63,507 nt of DNA, filler included, from Octopus bimaculoides (GCF_001194135.2; 6 parts of 4 records of this genome joined end to end with filler, not necessarily neighbours in it), one strand, 5' to 3'. Positions 27,144-41,696 are shown, counted from the whole stretch's first letter. The notes: generated by a model not told the origin, from the letters alone. Program-made: numbers and translations.

Positions 27144-29906
27144 ATACGTGTATAACATGATTAAACATGACACGTTTATTTCTCACATTTCAAGCAAAAG
27201 AATAAAATAAAATAAAATAAAATAAAACAAAACAAAAAGAGCATCGAACACATCTTGCCAGAAGCATAATCATCACAAGTTTGTGATTGAAAAAAATACA
27301 AAAAAAAAAAAACAATAGCAAGAAAAACAGCAAAATCTTTTTCTCATCCTCTCAGCCTTGACAGTCAGCAATATTTAGTAGTTAGTTGTTTCAACAGTCA
27401 GCAATGCATAGTTGCAGATAAAACTATAAACCGGTTGTCATTCAAACTATATGACACAAATATGTGGTTATCTTAATATATATGCCACAAATGATAATTA
27501 TTTCAATATGGAAATAACACTTCTCTTTTTTCCTTAGAAAACTGAAGTCATTCTCTACGTCTTTAGTTGTATTTGCATTCTTTTCGATATGGGTTTCATA
27601 CATTCGTTGTGTCTCTAAAGTACATGAGATTTATTTATTTATTCATTTATTTATTTATTAAAATTAGGTTATGTGCATAAATGTTTGGAGAGAAAAGGTT
27701 TCACAGATGCATAGCCTTCCTTAAACGAAATATTTAACCTTGAGATGTGGGTGAGAAAGGTTTCAATATCGATTCAGTCATATTGTAAATGATATAAATT
27801 TTTTTTTAATATTATTTTATGTGTTCAGGGAAAGACTGCTAATCGATTCAATCTTTTAAAGTAATTTATCCAGGGAAAGTATTCAAGGTGAACGAGAGAT
27901 GTTTGATAATGCCTGAGGCTCCTTATACACTTGTAAAGTAAGGATTAAAAAAGGGATTGGAAGGAGATAATACATCAATAAGCAACTGGTTGGAGTGTGG
28001 TGTTTGGTGATTAGAGAAATTTTGGCTGTTAGTTGAGTGATGCAGAATAAATTTAGGTGAAGGCGGCGAGCCGGCAGAATCGTTACTGCGTCGAACAAAA
28101 TGCTTCACAGCATTTCTTTCCACATTACGTTCTGTGTTCAAATGCCGCTGAGGTCGACTTTGCTTGGCATCCTTTCAGGATCAATAGAATAAATATCAGT
28201 TGAGTACTGGGGTTGGTGTAAGCGACTTACTCCCTCCCCAAAATTGGTGTCCTCCTGCCAAAATTTGAAACCGATATAAACTTAGGAGAAGGGTCGTTTT
28301 AGAGTATTGTATTCACAATCTTAAGATAGTAGTTTCGATTCTCAGACCGGGTGATACGTTGTGTCCTTTCTTTCGTGGCGCACCAGTCCATCCAGCTCTA
28401 AATGAGATCTGTTCATAGGTAAGCATTGAGAAACTACGTTACACGCCGATTCCTTAAATCTTTGGGATCATGACAGACATAGGCTCGGGAACAGTGGGTG
28501 CAGATCTTTTCAGCTTAGTTACATAAATAACCATCGTATCTTTATTTATAAAAGAATCTATGTATACTTTTTTACTCTTTTACTCTTTTACTTGTTTCAG
28601 TCATTTGACTGCAGCCATGCTGAAGCACCGCCTTTAGTCGAGCAAATCGACCCCAGGACTTATTCTTTGTCAGCCTAGTACTTATTCTATCGGGCCCTTT
28701 TGCCGAATAGCTAAATTACGGGGACGCAAACNNNNNNNNNNNNNNNNNNNNNNNNNNNNNNNNNNNNNNNNNNNNNNNNNNNNNNNNNNNNNNNNNNNNN
28801 NNNNNNNNNNNNNNNNNNNNNNNNNNNNNNNNNNNNNNNNNNNNNNNNNNNNNNNNNNNNNNNNNNNNNNNNNNNNNNNNNNNNNNNNNNNNNNNNNNNN
28901 NNNNNNNNNNNNNNNNNNNNNNNNNNNNNNNNNNNNNNNNNNNNNNNNNNNNNNNNNNNNNNNNNNNNNNNNNNNNNNNNNNNNNNNNNNNNNNNNNNNN
29001 NNNNNNNNNNNNNNNNNNNNNNNNNNNNNNNNNNNNNNNNNNNNNNNNNNNNNNNNNNNNNNNNNNNNNNNNNNNNNNNNNNNNNNNNNNNNNNNNNNNN
29101 NNNNNNNNNNNNNNNNNNNNNNNNNNNNNNNNNNNNNNNNNNNNNNNNNNNNNNNNNNNNNNNNNNNNNNNNNNNNNNNNNNNNNNNNNNNNNNNNNNNN
29201 NNNNNNNNNNNNNNNNNNNNNNNNNNNNNNNNNNNNNNNNNNNNNNNNNNNNNNNNNNNNNNNNNNNNNNNNNNNNNNNNNNAAAAGAATCGATAGAATA
29301 GATACCAAGCTTTAGAAATGATACAAATTTGGATCGATTTATTCGACTAAAAATTCTTCAAGGTGTTGCCCCAGAATAGCCGCAGTTTAATGACTGAAAC
29401 AAGAAAGATAAGCGTTAAACAACAATACTGCGACTGACATTTGGTTCAAGAATCCATCTTCGGAAATCCTCAAGCACCAAATGTCTTTTCCCCAAATTTA
29501 TGTTGAACATATCGTAAAAGTAAGAAAAATGGAAATAGCAAAAACTGGGGAAACTATATAAATATTTAAACGGAAATTTGTATGTTGAGCAATTTCCCAA
29601 CTCAGAAAATCATTAGAAGCAAGAACCCAGTTTTAAAAATAAGGCAAAAATGTTATTTTGGTTAATGATGCCATCACAACTCAAGTAACCTTGGATGGTG
29701 GTTGTGGTGGTGGTGATTGTGTTTGTAATGGCTGTGATAGTGGTGGTAGTTGTGACGGTGTGGGTGGTGAGTGTGACGGTGGTGATGGTGGTGGTAGCAG
29801 TGGTGGTGGTTTAGTGGTCGTGGAGTTGGTGATACTGATGGGGCTGACGGTATAAAAAATGTATAGTTTGGATCAGCATCAATATTGCAATATATAAAAT
29901 CAAGAA

Positions 29907-30120
29907 GGCTGGCGAGCTGGCAGAAACGTTAGCACACCGGGCGAAATGTTTAGCGGTATTTCGTCTGCCACTACGTTCTGAGTTCAAATTCCACCGAGGT
30001 CGACTTTGCTTTTTATCCTTTCGGGGTCGATAAGTTCAGTACTAGTTACGCACTGGGGTCGATGTAATCGACTGGCCCTTCTCCAAAAATTTCGGGCCTT
30101 GTGCATAGAGTTGAAAAGAA
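29907..30120 (+). mobile_element. SINE-B copy
   Basis: ggcgagctggcagaaacgttagcac...gagttcaaattcc...gtcgactttgc...ggggtcgataag. Other copies at 3070-3179(-), 15352-15570(+), ~23240-23620(+, two old copies), 28062-28275(+), 30787-30954(-). Confidence 0.8.
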
Positions 30121-30529
30121 TATTTTTTATGCCTATAATTTACACAGTAAAATTTCCTAATTCTGAGGTTAATAGTATTCAGCTTAAATTTATTATTTGC
30201 ACTGGCTATGTGACTGTGCTTGCGCGCTTCATTTCAATCCATAATGTATAAGGATGCAGCTCACACATTTTTTTGTACGCATTAAGCTACATAATTATGC
30301 ATTGTTTTAGCGATCTCAGATGAACTACAGATGACAAATTAATTTATTTGCTTATTAGTGAGGAAACTCGAGTCTGAGATTAACTAATAGTAATACCTTT
30401 CATTCTAGTGCCATTATCAGCATGCCTTTAGAACTATTTTTAGTATTTTGTGTTTAACTGCTCCTTTTAGCATGTAAGAAGCCCTGTTATGGGTCTCTGT
30501 GTATAAAGCTGTATACACTCTTATATATG

Positions 30530-30583
<54 letters not shown>

Positions 30584-31049
30584 GATAGATAACATCTAAC
30601 CTTCCTTGGGAAATTGAGCTCTCAGTTTTTGTTGAAATATTAAATAGTAATTAGTGCAGGCGTACCTGTGTGTGTGTGCCTACGCTTTATCATGTGTAAG
30701 GTTAACTGGAATTACATTTTGCGAGCTTTAGTTTAGATTCAGCAGTTGTTCGGTTGACTGTAGACAACAACAGATTGAAAAAGGAATTATTCTTAACATT
30801 GGTCTCAAATTTTGGCACAAGGCCAGCAATTTTGGAGGAGAAGGTAAGTTCAATACTTATTTTATCGACCCCGAAATAAGGAAAAGCAAAATCGGCCCTC
30901 ATGAGATTTGAACTCAGAACATGAAGTCGGTAACGATTCTCCCAACTCGCTGCCTTCCATGTGTGCATATATTGGCAGTTCGAAAATAATTTGAGCTGGA
31001 TGCAATATAAGTAAAAAAGTTTTACCTGTAATACAGAGATAGAAGAATT

Positions 31050-31790
31050 TTTATAATGTAAATAATGGTATCATCTGTTGTTGTCCAGGTAAAACCAGTT
31101 GTCCCTCCTTTCTCTTTTGTATTTGATTTCTGTATTTTCTTCCAATGTACACGTTGATCGCCAGATGTGAATGAAAGAGGGAGTTCTTATGGTAGTACAT
31201 GCGAGCTTTGAAAGAGTGCTCTGTCAGTCCCATTATTACTTGCTGATTCAATGCTAATGAAGGTACCACTATAGAATCACATGTCATTTGCTATATATTT
31301 TCCGTTTAATATTTTACGTTGTAGTTTTTCATGTAATTTGGCAAGCATTTCTTTCTGCTATATCTCAGATTTGTGTTCCTTTCATTTGAACGCCAAATGA
31401 AACCAGCAGCTACTGGACTGATACTTTCGCATTAAAAAATAAAGTATTTACAATATTGGAGGCTGGTGTATGCCATAGGATATTTCTCTTCCTAGTATTT
31501 TAGGCTGGTGCTGGCAGTAGGTAAGTAGTATCTAACTCTTTGTTGATATCAGAAAATACATTAATTTAGAATTCGGCCGCATCGTTCAATGTGGTTTCAT
31601 CGGAGGATAATGCATTTATTATATTACTGTTGTTTGCGAATATGTTTTTCATGATGTCCAGTGGGTCATAAGATCGAACACAGATGTAGAGGTAATGTTA
31701 TTATCTATCTTAATGAGCACGCATATTTTCCATTCCAGCTTATGCGTGACATCTAGGAAGTTTGCGTTGTAATAATTGCTTCAGCTGCTG
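31050..31790 (-). mobile_element. Decayed Penelope-like element (RT C-terminal region plus GIY-YIG remnant)
   Basis: Minus-strand pieces in different frames: NFLDVT; YICVRSYDP; PLDIMKNIFAN..IINALSSDETTLNDAAEF; GLTEHSFKARMYYHKNSL. These resemble PLE NFLDVTL...NHPPSIIKNIP...LSSNEEIFNEAA and YIGLTE..FK.R...H. Multiple stops and frameshifts. Confidence 0.65.
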
Positions 31791-33685
31791 CTTTCCGACT
31801 GACTTTAATGAATATTATAGTTACTTTTTCACTATGCTGGTAGATGTACGGTCCTTGCAAAAACAGACACGAACATTCACTATTCAAGATAATAGAAACT
31901 ATTGTTGGGAAAAGAAATCCCTGCTTCCCTCTTCACTGCCCCATCTACAACAATATAACAGACGCCAGGGCAATTCTAAAATTTAAGATTAGTTTATAAT
32001 AAATACTCAAGATTTTGCAACACCACATTATAATTCGAAAAAATAACACATCAATACACACTTATATATATTTTTCTTTTATATTTCACATATTTCAGTT
32101 ATAACATTATATATATATATATATATATATATAAAGGTAAGTGAAATTAGCGGTTATAATAACCGACTAATGGATTAAATATCCGTATAGACCATTGCTA
32201 GATCACTCTTTTACCTACTGGCTTGGAAGCCCTAAGATGGACGATTGAATGATTTTAATATATTGGGCCTCCAGACTTCTTATCCGAGCCTTGGTTCCTT
32301 TCCTATTCCCTCTTCCTTTTGTTTTATTTCTGGACGCTTTTGTATGCACTCTGCTGAAGCTCCATGTTCTAGTTCGAATATCCTATGAAGATGAAGAATA
32401 TTATTTTCACAATTCTTTCGTAGGCGTTGTCAGGCATCGGAAGCGGAAATGGCCGTAAGAATTGTTGTCACATAAGTTTTGTCTCATGTTTTGTATTAAA
32501 TAATAAGCTATAGATGTGGTCCAATTGATTTGTTTCTTTTCACCATTTCCTGATTATATGATAATCATATGATAAATAATATGATAAATATAGATGCAGC
32601 ACAAAATTCTCTCAGTGAACAGGTCGCGGTCTCAAAGCGACGAAAATATTTTGGGAAATTAAATTTAAATGATGAAGTGAATCTTACGGCTTTTGAGTGT
32701 TTCTTAAATAGCTTATAAACACCTTCCACGCTGCAATCGTTTTCGTTCCAGCACACGATCTCAGATCAGGTCACTTGCTATGGAAGTACATCTACGTAAT
32801 ATATATATATNNNNNNNNNNNNNNNNNNNNNNNNNNNNNNNNNNNNNNNNNNNNNNNNNNNNNNNNNNNNNNNNNNNNNNNNNNNNNNNNNNNNNNNNNN
32901 NNNNNNNNNNNNNNNNNNNNNNNNNNNNNNNNNNNNNNNNNNNNNNNNNNNNNNNNNNNNNNNNNNNNNNNNNNNNNNNNNNNNNNNNNNNNNNNNNNNN
33001 NNNNNNNNNNNNNNNNNNNNNNNNNNNNNNNNNNNNNNNNNNNNNNNNNNNNNNNNNNNNNNNNNNNNNNNNNNNNNNNNNNNNNNNNNNNNNNNNNNNN
33101 NNNNNNNNNNNNNNNNNNNNNNNNNNNNNNNNNNNNNNNNNNNNNNNNNNNNNNNNNNNNNNNNNNNNNNNNNNNNNNNNNNNNNNNNNNNNNNNNNNNN
33201 NNNNNNNNNNNNNNNNNNNNNNNNNNNNNNNNNNNNNNNNNNNNNNNNNNNNNNNNNNNNNNNNNNNNNNNNNNNNNNNNNNNNNNNNNNNNNNNNNNNN
33301 NNNNNNNNNNNNNNNNNNNNNNNNNNNNNNNNNNNNNNNNNNNNNNNNNNNNNNNNNNNNNNNNNNNNNNNNNNNNNNNNNNNNNNNNNNNNNNNNNNNN
33401 NNNNNNNNNNNNNNNNNNNNNNNNNNNNNNNNNNNNNNNNNNNNNNNNNNNNNNNNNNNNNNNNNNNNNNNNNNNNNNNNNNNNNNNNNNNNNNNNNNNN
33501 NNNNNNNNNNNNNNNNNNNNNNNNNNNNNNNNNNNNNNNNNNNNNNNNNNNNNNNNNNNNNNNNNNNNNNNNNNNNNNNNNNNNNNNNNNNNNNNNNNNN
33601 NNNNNNNNNNNNNNNNNNNNNNNNNNNNNNNNNNNNNNNNNNNNNNNNNNNNNNNNNNNNNNNNNNNNNNNNNNNNNNNNNNNNN

Positions 33686-33723
<38 letters not shown>

Positions 33724-33889
33724 ATTAGATAAACTCCCAACATAGGTCAGAAATAATGTGGGATGCAATACAAAGTAAACTACAAAAACGAAAAACTGAA
33801 CAGCTATTGAAGTTTTACAGTCTACATCGATATTTTGGGTTTATGACATCCCCTTCAGGACACCAAGCGATTCTTGAAAATCTTAATAA

Positions 33890-34060
33890 AGAACGACTAA
33901 CTATCATCTTTTGCCAAAAGACTGCGTTGAAACAAAACTAAAGTCAGAAAATACCTGAAAAAGACTTGTACTCCCAAGACAGAACCACTGCTGCTAAGGA
34001 TCATGCGATCCGCATGGAAGGGCTTAGCACAAAGATAGTGCACCCTGGTGCATTTCTGAG
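33890..34060 (+). mobile_element. Possible heavily decayed LINE APE fragment
   Basis: IIFCQKTALKQN*..KIPE.DLYSQDRT loosely fits APE 'iiclQET.l....ipgy..y..DR'. Weak. Confidence 0.25.
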
Positions 34061-34738
34061 GAAATTTCTGTCTAGAAATCCTACCATGAAGAGCATCGAG
34101 GGGTGCATGCAGCGCTGGGTTTACTATTAGGCTAACTAAGGACGTGCTTAGAACAGCAAGAGAAGGCGGCACTCCAGAAATGGAAAATAGTTTACAGCAC
34201 GAAAGAAATCACTTTAAACTTGCTCATATGAACTTCGAAAAAGTTCATATGATCGGAAATATCGTAGAACTCCTGCACACAAAGACCTCAATCCGCAAAC
34301 ACCTAAAAATGTGCCACACCCAGGAGTTCACATAATCCATTCGAGCCACACAGAGGCCCTTCTACTGGAAACAACTCAAAACAATAGGAAAGAGCTACAC
34401 GAGAGCAAACTAGTTATTATAACAGCACTAGTCTGCGCATGTCAACAGTCAGCACATGACAACAGGCTACGTGTGTCACCATGCCCCCCCCCCCAAGTAT
34501 TTGGCACAATCTTATTCCATCCATCAATTATACAGATGTCTTGGAGTAAAGGTCATAACCCCTGAATATCGTAAACAGTTGGAAATATTCCAGCTGTTGC
34601 CATTTTCGATTTTTATAGTTTGATTTGTATTTCAATTCATTGTTTCAGCCGTTTCTCACAGTTTATTTGATGTAGTATCACAAAATGCTTCTCCCTAAAT
34701 ATTCTGTTAATATTCGTGTGTATATGTGCGTATGTGTA

Positions 34739-34783
<45 letters not shown>

Positions 34784-34951
34784 TTGTATATATGTGAGTT
34801 AAAATGCATACATATATATGCATGTATATATATATATATGTGTGTGTGTGTGTATTTGTGTATATCTGTGTGTGTTTGTGTGTGTTAGCATGCAAATGTA
34901 TATAGCAGGGAGATATAGAGAAAATTCATAGATCGATCGATTGATAGATAA

Positions 34952-34986
<35 letters not shown>

Positions 34987-35112
34987 TAGATTAAAGACTT
35001 GTTTTATTTTCAAGAATATATCGAATAAAAACAAGATTGAAGTACAATATTGAAATGAAGTATGGCAACATTTTACCTCCAGTTTTATATTCATACATAT
35101 GTTTGCGCATAC

Positions 35113-35149
<37 letters not shown>

Positions 35150-36467
35150 NNNNNNNNNNNNNNNNNNNNNNNNNNNNNNNNNNNNNNNNNNNNNNNNNNN
35201 NNNNNNNNNNNNNNNNNNNNNNNNNNNNNNNNNNNNNNNNNNNNNNNNNNNNNNNNNNNNNNNNNNNNNNNNNNNNNNNNNNNNNNNNNNNNNNNNNNNN
35301 NNNNNNNNNNNNNNNNNNNNNNNNNNNNNNNNNNNNNNNNNNNNNNNNNNNNNNNNNNNNNNNNNNNNNNNNNNNNNNNNNNNNNNNNNNNNNNNNNNNN
35401 NNNNNNNNNNNNNNNNNNNNNNNNNNNNNNNNNNNNNNNNNNNNNNNNNNNNNNNNNNNNNNNNNNNNNNNNNNNNNNNNNNNNNNNNNNNNNNNNNNNN
35501 NNNNNNNNNNNNNNNNNNNNNNNNNNNNNNNNNNNNNNNNNNNNNNNNNNNNNNNNNNNNNNNNNNNNNNNNNNNNNNNNNNNNNNNNNNNNNNNNNNNN
35601 NNNNNNNNNNNNNNNNNNNNNNNNNNNNNNNNNNNNNNNNNNNNNNNNNNNNNNNNNNNNNNNNNNNNNNNNNNNNNNNNNNNNNNNNNNNNNNNNNNNN
35701 NNNNNNNNNNNNNNNNNNNNNNNNNNNNNNNNNNNNNNNNNNNNNNNNNNNNNNNNNNNNNNNNNNNNNNNNNNNNNNNNNNNNNNNNNNNNNNNNNNNN
35801 NNNNNNNNNNNNNNNNNNNNNNNNNNNNNATATATATATATATATACATATATTTTTTTTTCACATGTATATATATTAATGAATTATTGTAAACTTTCGG
35901 CATGCTACTCATACACAAAACATAAAAAGTTTGAAGTTCTCTCAATTCATTCAAATTGTCAACAGCTAACAGCAATATTTTAAATAATTAAAGAACTTCG
36001 TTTGATTAAAATTTATCATCTAACATTCCCGACTAAATATATTATCCATTCTTTGTTTTTTTGTTTTTTTACTCATAATTAAGTTTATAATGTGTATTGT
36101 GCTTTGCTCCTGTTGCACTTAAATCATATTATTATTGATAGCTAATTTTATGCATATAAAAGAATATGTTTTGCTTAAAATATTATATTTATTATATTTT
36201 CTTTGTCAGTTTTCAAGAAAATTATATCGATAATTTCACTGCAGTATATTTTCCGGTATCAATATATTGCATGCAACTGTTTGAAAACGTGTGGGTGTGC
36301 ATTATAATATTCCATTCTTTTTATTTTTTTCAATGAGATAAAACGAGTCTAAATCTAAGTGCCATGCTTCAGGCAAAAAAATTGCAGAGAATACACCTAC
36401 ACACACACAGACACACACACACATTCATACTTGCATCCATGCATGCATACATATATAAATAAGTATG

Positions 36468-36750
36468 TACTGTCATAGAGGTCAGCTGTCCTGCTGATGT
36501 GTATATCACTTTGAAAATCAAAGAGACAGAATGTATCGGTAGACAAATGCTTCGAAACCTCTGGCTTCTATTTCAAGACTTCAAATTTACATTTATACAA
36601 ATAACAACTGGAGTACTTGGTTTTGTGAGTGCATACCAAACCATCAGCCTGCATAATCTTGGATTTTCAGAAAAAGAAATCAAACAACTAAAATACAAAT
36701 TACAAATACAACCTATAAATGGAACAGTAAAAATATGCTAAACTTTTTGT
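36468..36750 (+). mobile_element. Diverged RLE-type LINE 3' coding fragment
   Basis: TVIEVSCPADV...MLRNLWLLFQDFKFTFIQITTGVLGFV...LGFSEKEIKQL..KLQIQPINGTVKIC, homologous to the 6282-6545 translation. Confidence 0.75.
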
Positions 36751-36971
36751 TATCTACATTCCGAAGATGGAGTTTTGTATCCTTGTTAAAACCGACTACT
36801 TCCTCGGGGGAAGAATTCAAATAATAATAAAATGGAAGATAATATATATATGCGAATGAAAAAGGCACTGGAAACACAAAAGATTATAAAAAGCAAAATA
36901 CAACGGCAATCCCTAAAAAATTACGCACCAGCGCCAAATTACCCACCAAAAATACAATCCCACTAGTCAAA

Positions 36972-37370
36972 ATGTGCAACCGCCCTAACTGCGGAACTTC
37001 CATCTTCCTCTTAGAGGGCTCAACATACAAATTTAAGTCAGGTCAAACATTTACTATAAAAAATCACTGCACCTGTGCTTCGAAGAACTTAATCTATGTT
37101 CTCAAATGTGGAGGGTGTGGTGGAGACTACATAGGTCGAACTAGTTTAACTTTGAGGGACAGACTAACGGTGCTTAGGCAACAAATCCGGGACCCCACAG
37201 CCAGGAAAATTCCCGTAAGCAAACACCGAGACAAATGCCCCGTAAACATAAACCCGAAATATCAAATCTTCCCTCTCTATCAATGCACCGGAAACACTTC
37301 AACCCAATTCCGCTTAAATAAGGAAAACATATTGATTAAAAAATATAAACCACAACTGAATACCCTTTAG
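36972..37370 (+). mobile_element. Penelope-like element 3' fragment, GIY-YIG endonuclease with Cys-rich linker (Neptune-like)
   Basis: CNRPNCGT...TFTIKNHCTCASKNLIYVLKCGGCGGDYIGRT..LRDR...PVSKH...E..LIKKYKPQLN. The AT-rich 3' region continues to about 37900. Confidence 0.85.
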
Positions 37371-39297
37371 AAAGAAGAAAAAACTCTGAAGAGAAAATAG
37401 AAAGAAGAATTATTTTCTACACAAAAAAACAACCAAGTACAACAAACAATTTTAAAAACTTGGTTACAGTTTTCCTCCCTTGTTTCAAAACTGCAACTCC
37501 AAATCACTATACAATAACACCATACAAACACCAGTTGCCGAAGTCATCTAACTCTAGACAAATGAATTTTTACAAACACCAGTTGCTGACGCCACTTAAC
37601 TCTAGACCAATGAAATTTTACCTCCAATCAAAACCGAAATTCAGCAAATACAACAAAATGACCCTTTAAGAGAATCAACCAACTGGAACGGCTGATGACC
37701 GTTCCCCACATGGAAACCAGCCAGGCATAACGACAAACTTGGCCACTAGAAAACCAAGACGTCAGTAGTACTTTAACGAATCAAAATTCAGTTCTGTTCG
37801 CGCAAAAAATTATAAAGACACCGGATTCCAAAAGACACCGTTATGAGCGAAAGTTCCTGCACACGACGGAAAGAGAATCACAGAAACTGTAAATCAAATC
37901 CCTTTCTTTACCATCTTTATTTCCCCCTTCTATTTCTCCCTCTCAACTCAGTATGACTTAAATTTTGATGATATTCATTTCTTGTCGATCACTACTAACA
38001 CCATCGAAATTTGTACATTTAAACAAGTTGATCCACAGTTTTTATATTATTGACTGTTATTAACATTCAAACATGTCAACATTGAGACTTTGAAACATGT
38101 TTTTTCTAATACATAATTCTAAATTTGTCTCTTACGAACATTTAAACCTGTCAACATTGAGACTTTTAAACATGTTTTTCTAATTCATAATTCTAAATTC
38201 TTAGCATTGATAAACAAAACATATTGTTGAAACTAATTTGGTATGCATGTAATAAATTTAGTTTAAAGCAATTACATGTTTTTCAAATTTAGGTGCATTT
38301 TCAACAACATATTTACCTATATTTTTNNNNNNNNNNNNNNNNNNNNNNNNNNNNNNNNNNNNNNNNNNNNNNNNNNNNNNNNNNNNNNNNNNNNNNNNNN
38401 NNNNNNNNNNNNNNNNNNNNNNNNNNNNNNNNNNNNNNNNNNNNNNNNNNNNNNNNNNNNNNNNNNNNNNNNNNNNNNNNNNNNNNNNNNNNNNNNNNNN
38501 NNNNNNNNNNNNNNNNNNNNNNNNNNNNNNNNNNNNNNNNNNNNNNNNNNNNNNNNNNNNNNNNNNNNNNNNNNNNNNNNNNNNNNNNNNNNNNNNNNNN
38601 NNNNNNNNNNNNNNNNNNNNNNNNNNNNNNNNNNNNNNNNNNNNNNNNNNNNNNNNNNNNNNNNNNNNNNNNNNNNNNNNNNNNNNNNNNNNNNNNNNNN
38701 NNNNNNNNNNNNNNNNNNNNNNNNNNNNNNNNNNNNNNNNNNNNNNNNNNNNNNNNNNNNNNNNNNNNNNNNNNNNNNNNNNNNNNNNNNNNNNNNNNNN
38801 NNNNNNNNNNNNNNNNNNNNNNNNNNNNNNNNNNNNNNNNNNNNNNNNNNNNNNNNNNNNNNNNNNNNNNNNNNNNNNNNNNNNNNNNNNNNNNNNNNNN
38901 NNNNNNNNNNNNNNNNNNNNNNNNNNNNNNNNNNNNNNNNNNNNNNNNNNNNNNNNNNNNNNNNNNNNNNNNNNNNNNNNNNNNNNNNNNNNNNNNNNNN
39001 NNNNNNNNNNNNNNNNNNNNNNNNNNNNNNNNNNNNNNNNNNNNNTATGTATGTATGTATGTATATATATTCTCTCTGTTTATTTTCTCTTATTCCTCTC
39101 TGCTGAAGAGGGTAGGTTCGAAAAGTAAAAGACTTCCATTTTTCCCAAGCGTCAAACTAATAAACTTGCTTGTTCCTTCATTTTTCTTCGTCTTTTATTT
39201 GTCTATAAATTTCAACTATATATGTGTGAGTGTGTATGTGTGTGCATTTTGTATGTATGTATGTATGTATGTATGTATGTATGTATGTATGTATGTA

Positions 39298-39464
39298 TAC
39301 TACGATCTTCTTTCGGTTTCTGTCTATTAAATCCACTCAGAAGGCTTTATTCGGCGCGAGTCTAAAGTAGAAAACACTTTCCCAAGGTGGCATGCATTGA
39401 GACTGAACCCTGAACCATGTGACTGGGAAGCATGCTTCTTACCACACAGCCACGCCTGCGCCTA
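39298..39464 (-). mobile_element. SINE-A 5' half
   Basis: ttctttcggtttc...gactgaaccctgaaccatgt...ttaccacacagccacgcctgcgccta. Confidence 0.8.
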
Positions 39465-39982
39465 TGTATGTATGCATAGAGAAAAGGACAGGGAAACTGA
39501 GGGATAAGTAGTTAATTTAGTATTTATTCCGAATTTCTGACTATTGTGAAAAAATTAATTCAATAATGGAACTGTTTTTGTGAAGTTCCACAACCGCCTG
39601 AAAATAAAAGTAACAAGCTTAAATTGAAATCTTCATCTTTGAATGGTGTTGCTTTGAACAAAGAACTTCGATAACATCTCTTCATTCTTTGTCTGAAGAT
39701 TAGTTTCGCATAAATAAGGAGAAGATTAATGGAATGTGTATATTAAAAGCAAGAAAGTCATTTAGATTTCGGTGGAAATAATATAACTACATGCAATGCT
39801 GGAATACGCAATCAAATTAGATGATATGTGCCACTGGTTACAGAGAAATCCATAACCATCAAAGCAGAAGATCAATTCCAGTGCATCTAAGAAACTGGTT
39901 GAACTAATTGCAATTTAGACCATGTAATTACTTGTTTGTTATTTAACAGTATTTCGTCGTTTGCTTTATTCCCCCCTTGCAA

Positions 39983-40138
39983 TTCTTCTTCTTCTTCTTC
40001 TTCTTCTTCTTCTTCTTCTTCTTCTTCTTCTTCTTCTTCTTCTTCTTCTTCTTCTTCTTCTTCTTCTTCTTCTTCTTCTTCTTCTTCTTCTTCTTCTTCT
40101 TCTTCTTCTTCTTCTTCTTCTTCTTCTTCTTCTTCTTC
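39983..40138 (+). repeat. Long pure (CTT)n tract, followed by (ATT)n at about 40385-40544
   Basis: Directly visible. Confidence 0.95.
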
Positions 40139-40384
40139 ATTACCATCATCGTCATCACCAGCAGCAATACCATCGTCATTTATGACAAGAATAATAAACT
40201 TCCTGCTCATCGCCATCATCAACTTTCCACTATCCACGTCACCACTACGTCTAGCTTCAACACTGATACGTGTGCGAAAATATTACGAAGTTTAAGTTAG
40301 TTTATTATACCGAAATTGATTAAATAACTGAATATTCTCTAAGGGCTACTTCAAAACCAGACAAAGAAACACTTTGGGCAAAAA

Positions 40385-40490
<106 letters not shown>

Positions 40491-40854
40491 CATTATTATT
40501 ATTATTATTATCATCATCATCATTATTATTATTATCATTATTATTTGTAGGGTAAAAATCTGCTTAATCTTTATGTCGTTTTTCTTACAGAAGAAATTGA
40601 ACAGATCCTGCTTCTTTTCTACGCTCAATTTCTCCCCAGTTTCATATTTCTCCAGTTCATTAACAGACAGAGAAGGTACGTGGTTTAGTGGTTAAGTTTC
40701 TTATACTCACGGTCTTACGGTCGTCGTTTCGATTCCTGCTCCGGGTACTCCGTTGTGTTCTTGCGCAAAACATTTCATTTCGAGTTGCTCCATTCCATTG
40801 AGTTAAGTTACAGAATGTATTAAAAGACAACCTCATCATATAAACGTATCTTTT

Positions 40855-41086
40855 TAGTAGTTTCGCTCATTACAGTGCGGCCATGCTGGAGCACCGCTTT
40901 GAATAATTTTTAGTCGACTAAATCAACTCCGGTATTTTTTCTCTTATCCCTGGTAATTACCAAACCGCTTAGTTATGGGGGCATAAATAAACCAACACCG
41001 GTAGCCAAGCAGCAGTGGGAGATAATCACAGACACACAGACACACACACATATAACTTATATATATACGTATATATATATATAAAT

Positions 41087-41144
<58 letters not shown>

Positions 41145-41209
41145 ATAAACAATATATGAGTATATGCATATATATGTACATGTATGTACATACCTTCATC
41201 TACATGTAC

Positions 41210-41255
<46 letters not shown>

Positions 41256-41401
41256 GATGGGCTTCTTTCAGTTTCCGTCTACCAAATCCACTCGCAAAGC
41301 CCTAGTTGGCCTGAGGCTATAGTAGGAGATATTTTCCCAAGATGCCACGCGGTGGGACTGAACCCGAAACAATGGGGTTGGGAAACAAACAAAGCCACGC
41401 C
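40855..41401 (-). mobile_element. SINE-A copy with expanded internal (AT)n
   Basis: tgcggccatgctggagcaccgc...ggtgggactgaacccg...agccacgcc. Confidence 0.75.
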
Positions 41402-41581
41402 AGCAAATATAAAACGAAAATACAAGATAGAAATTGAAGAACAGTATTTGGTTGCTGTATATCTTTCATTTTACTCCAGACGATTGCGTATATTTTGTGA
41501 TACAACTTCATTTTTCTTTACATTAATTGTTTACATTATTTACAATGGACGGACAGGTCTCCTCACTTTGTTTGTTGGTAT

Positions 41582-41624
41582 CACAACGTTTCGGCTGATG
41601 TACTCTCCAGCCTTCATCAGGTGT
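41582..41624 (-). ncRNA. Minimal hammerhead ribozyme motif in a partial tandem copy
   Basis: Reverse complement: ACAC CTGATGA A GGCTG gagagtacat CAGCC GAAA CGTT GTG; core and stem II intact. Confidence 0.72.
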
Positions 41625-41696
41625 TCTGGTGCAATTTCGAACCCAACACTTTATTTGACTAATAGGGTACTTTATTCTCGTTCCTGTTGATATTAC

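Noticed and set aside
29415-29570. Short + strand open frame ending near a gtaag
   Set aside because: No credible acceptor and no recognisable protein similarity.
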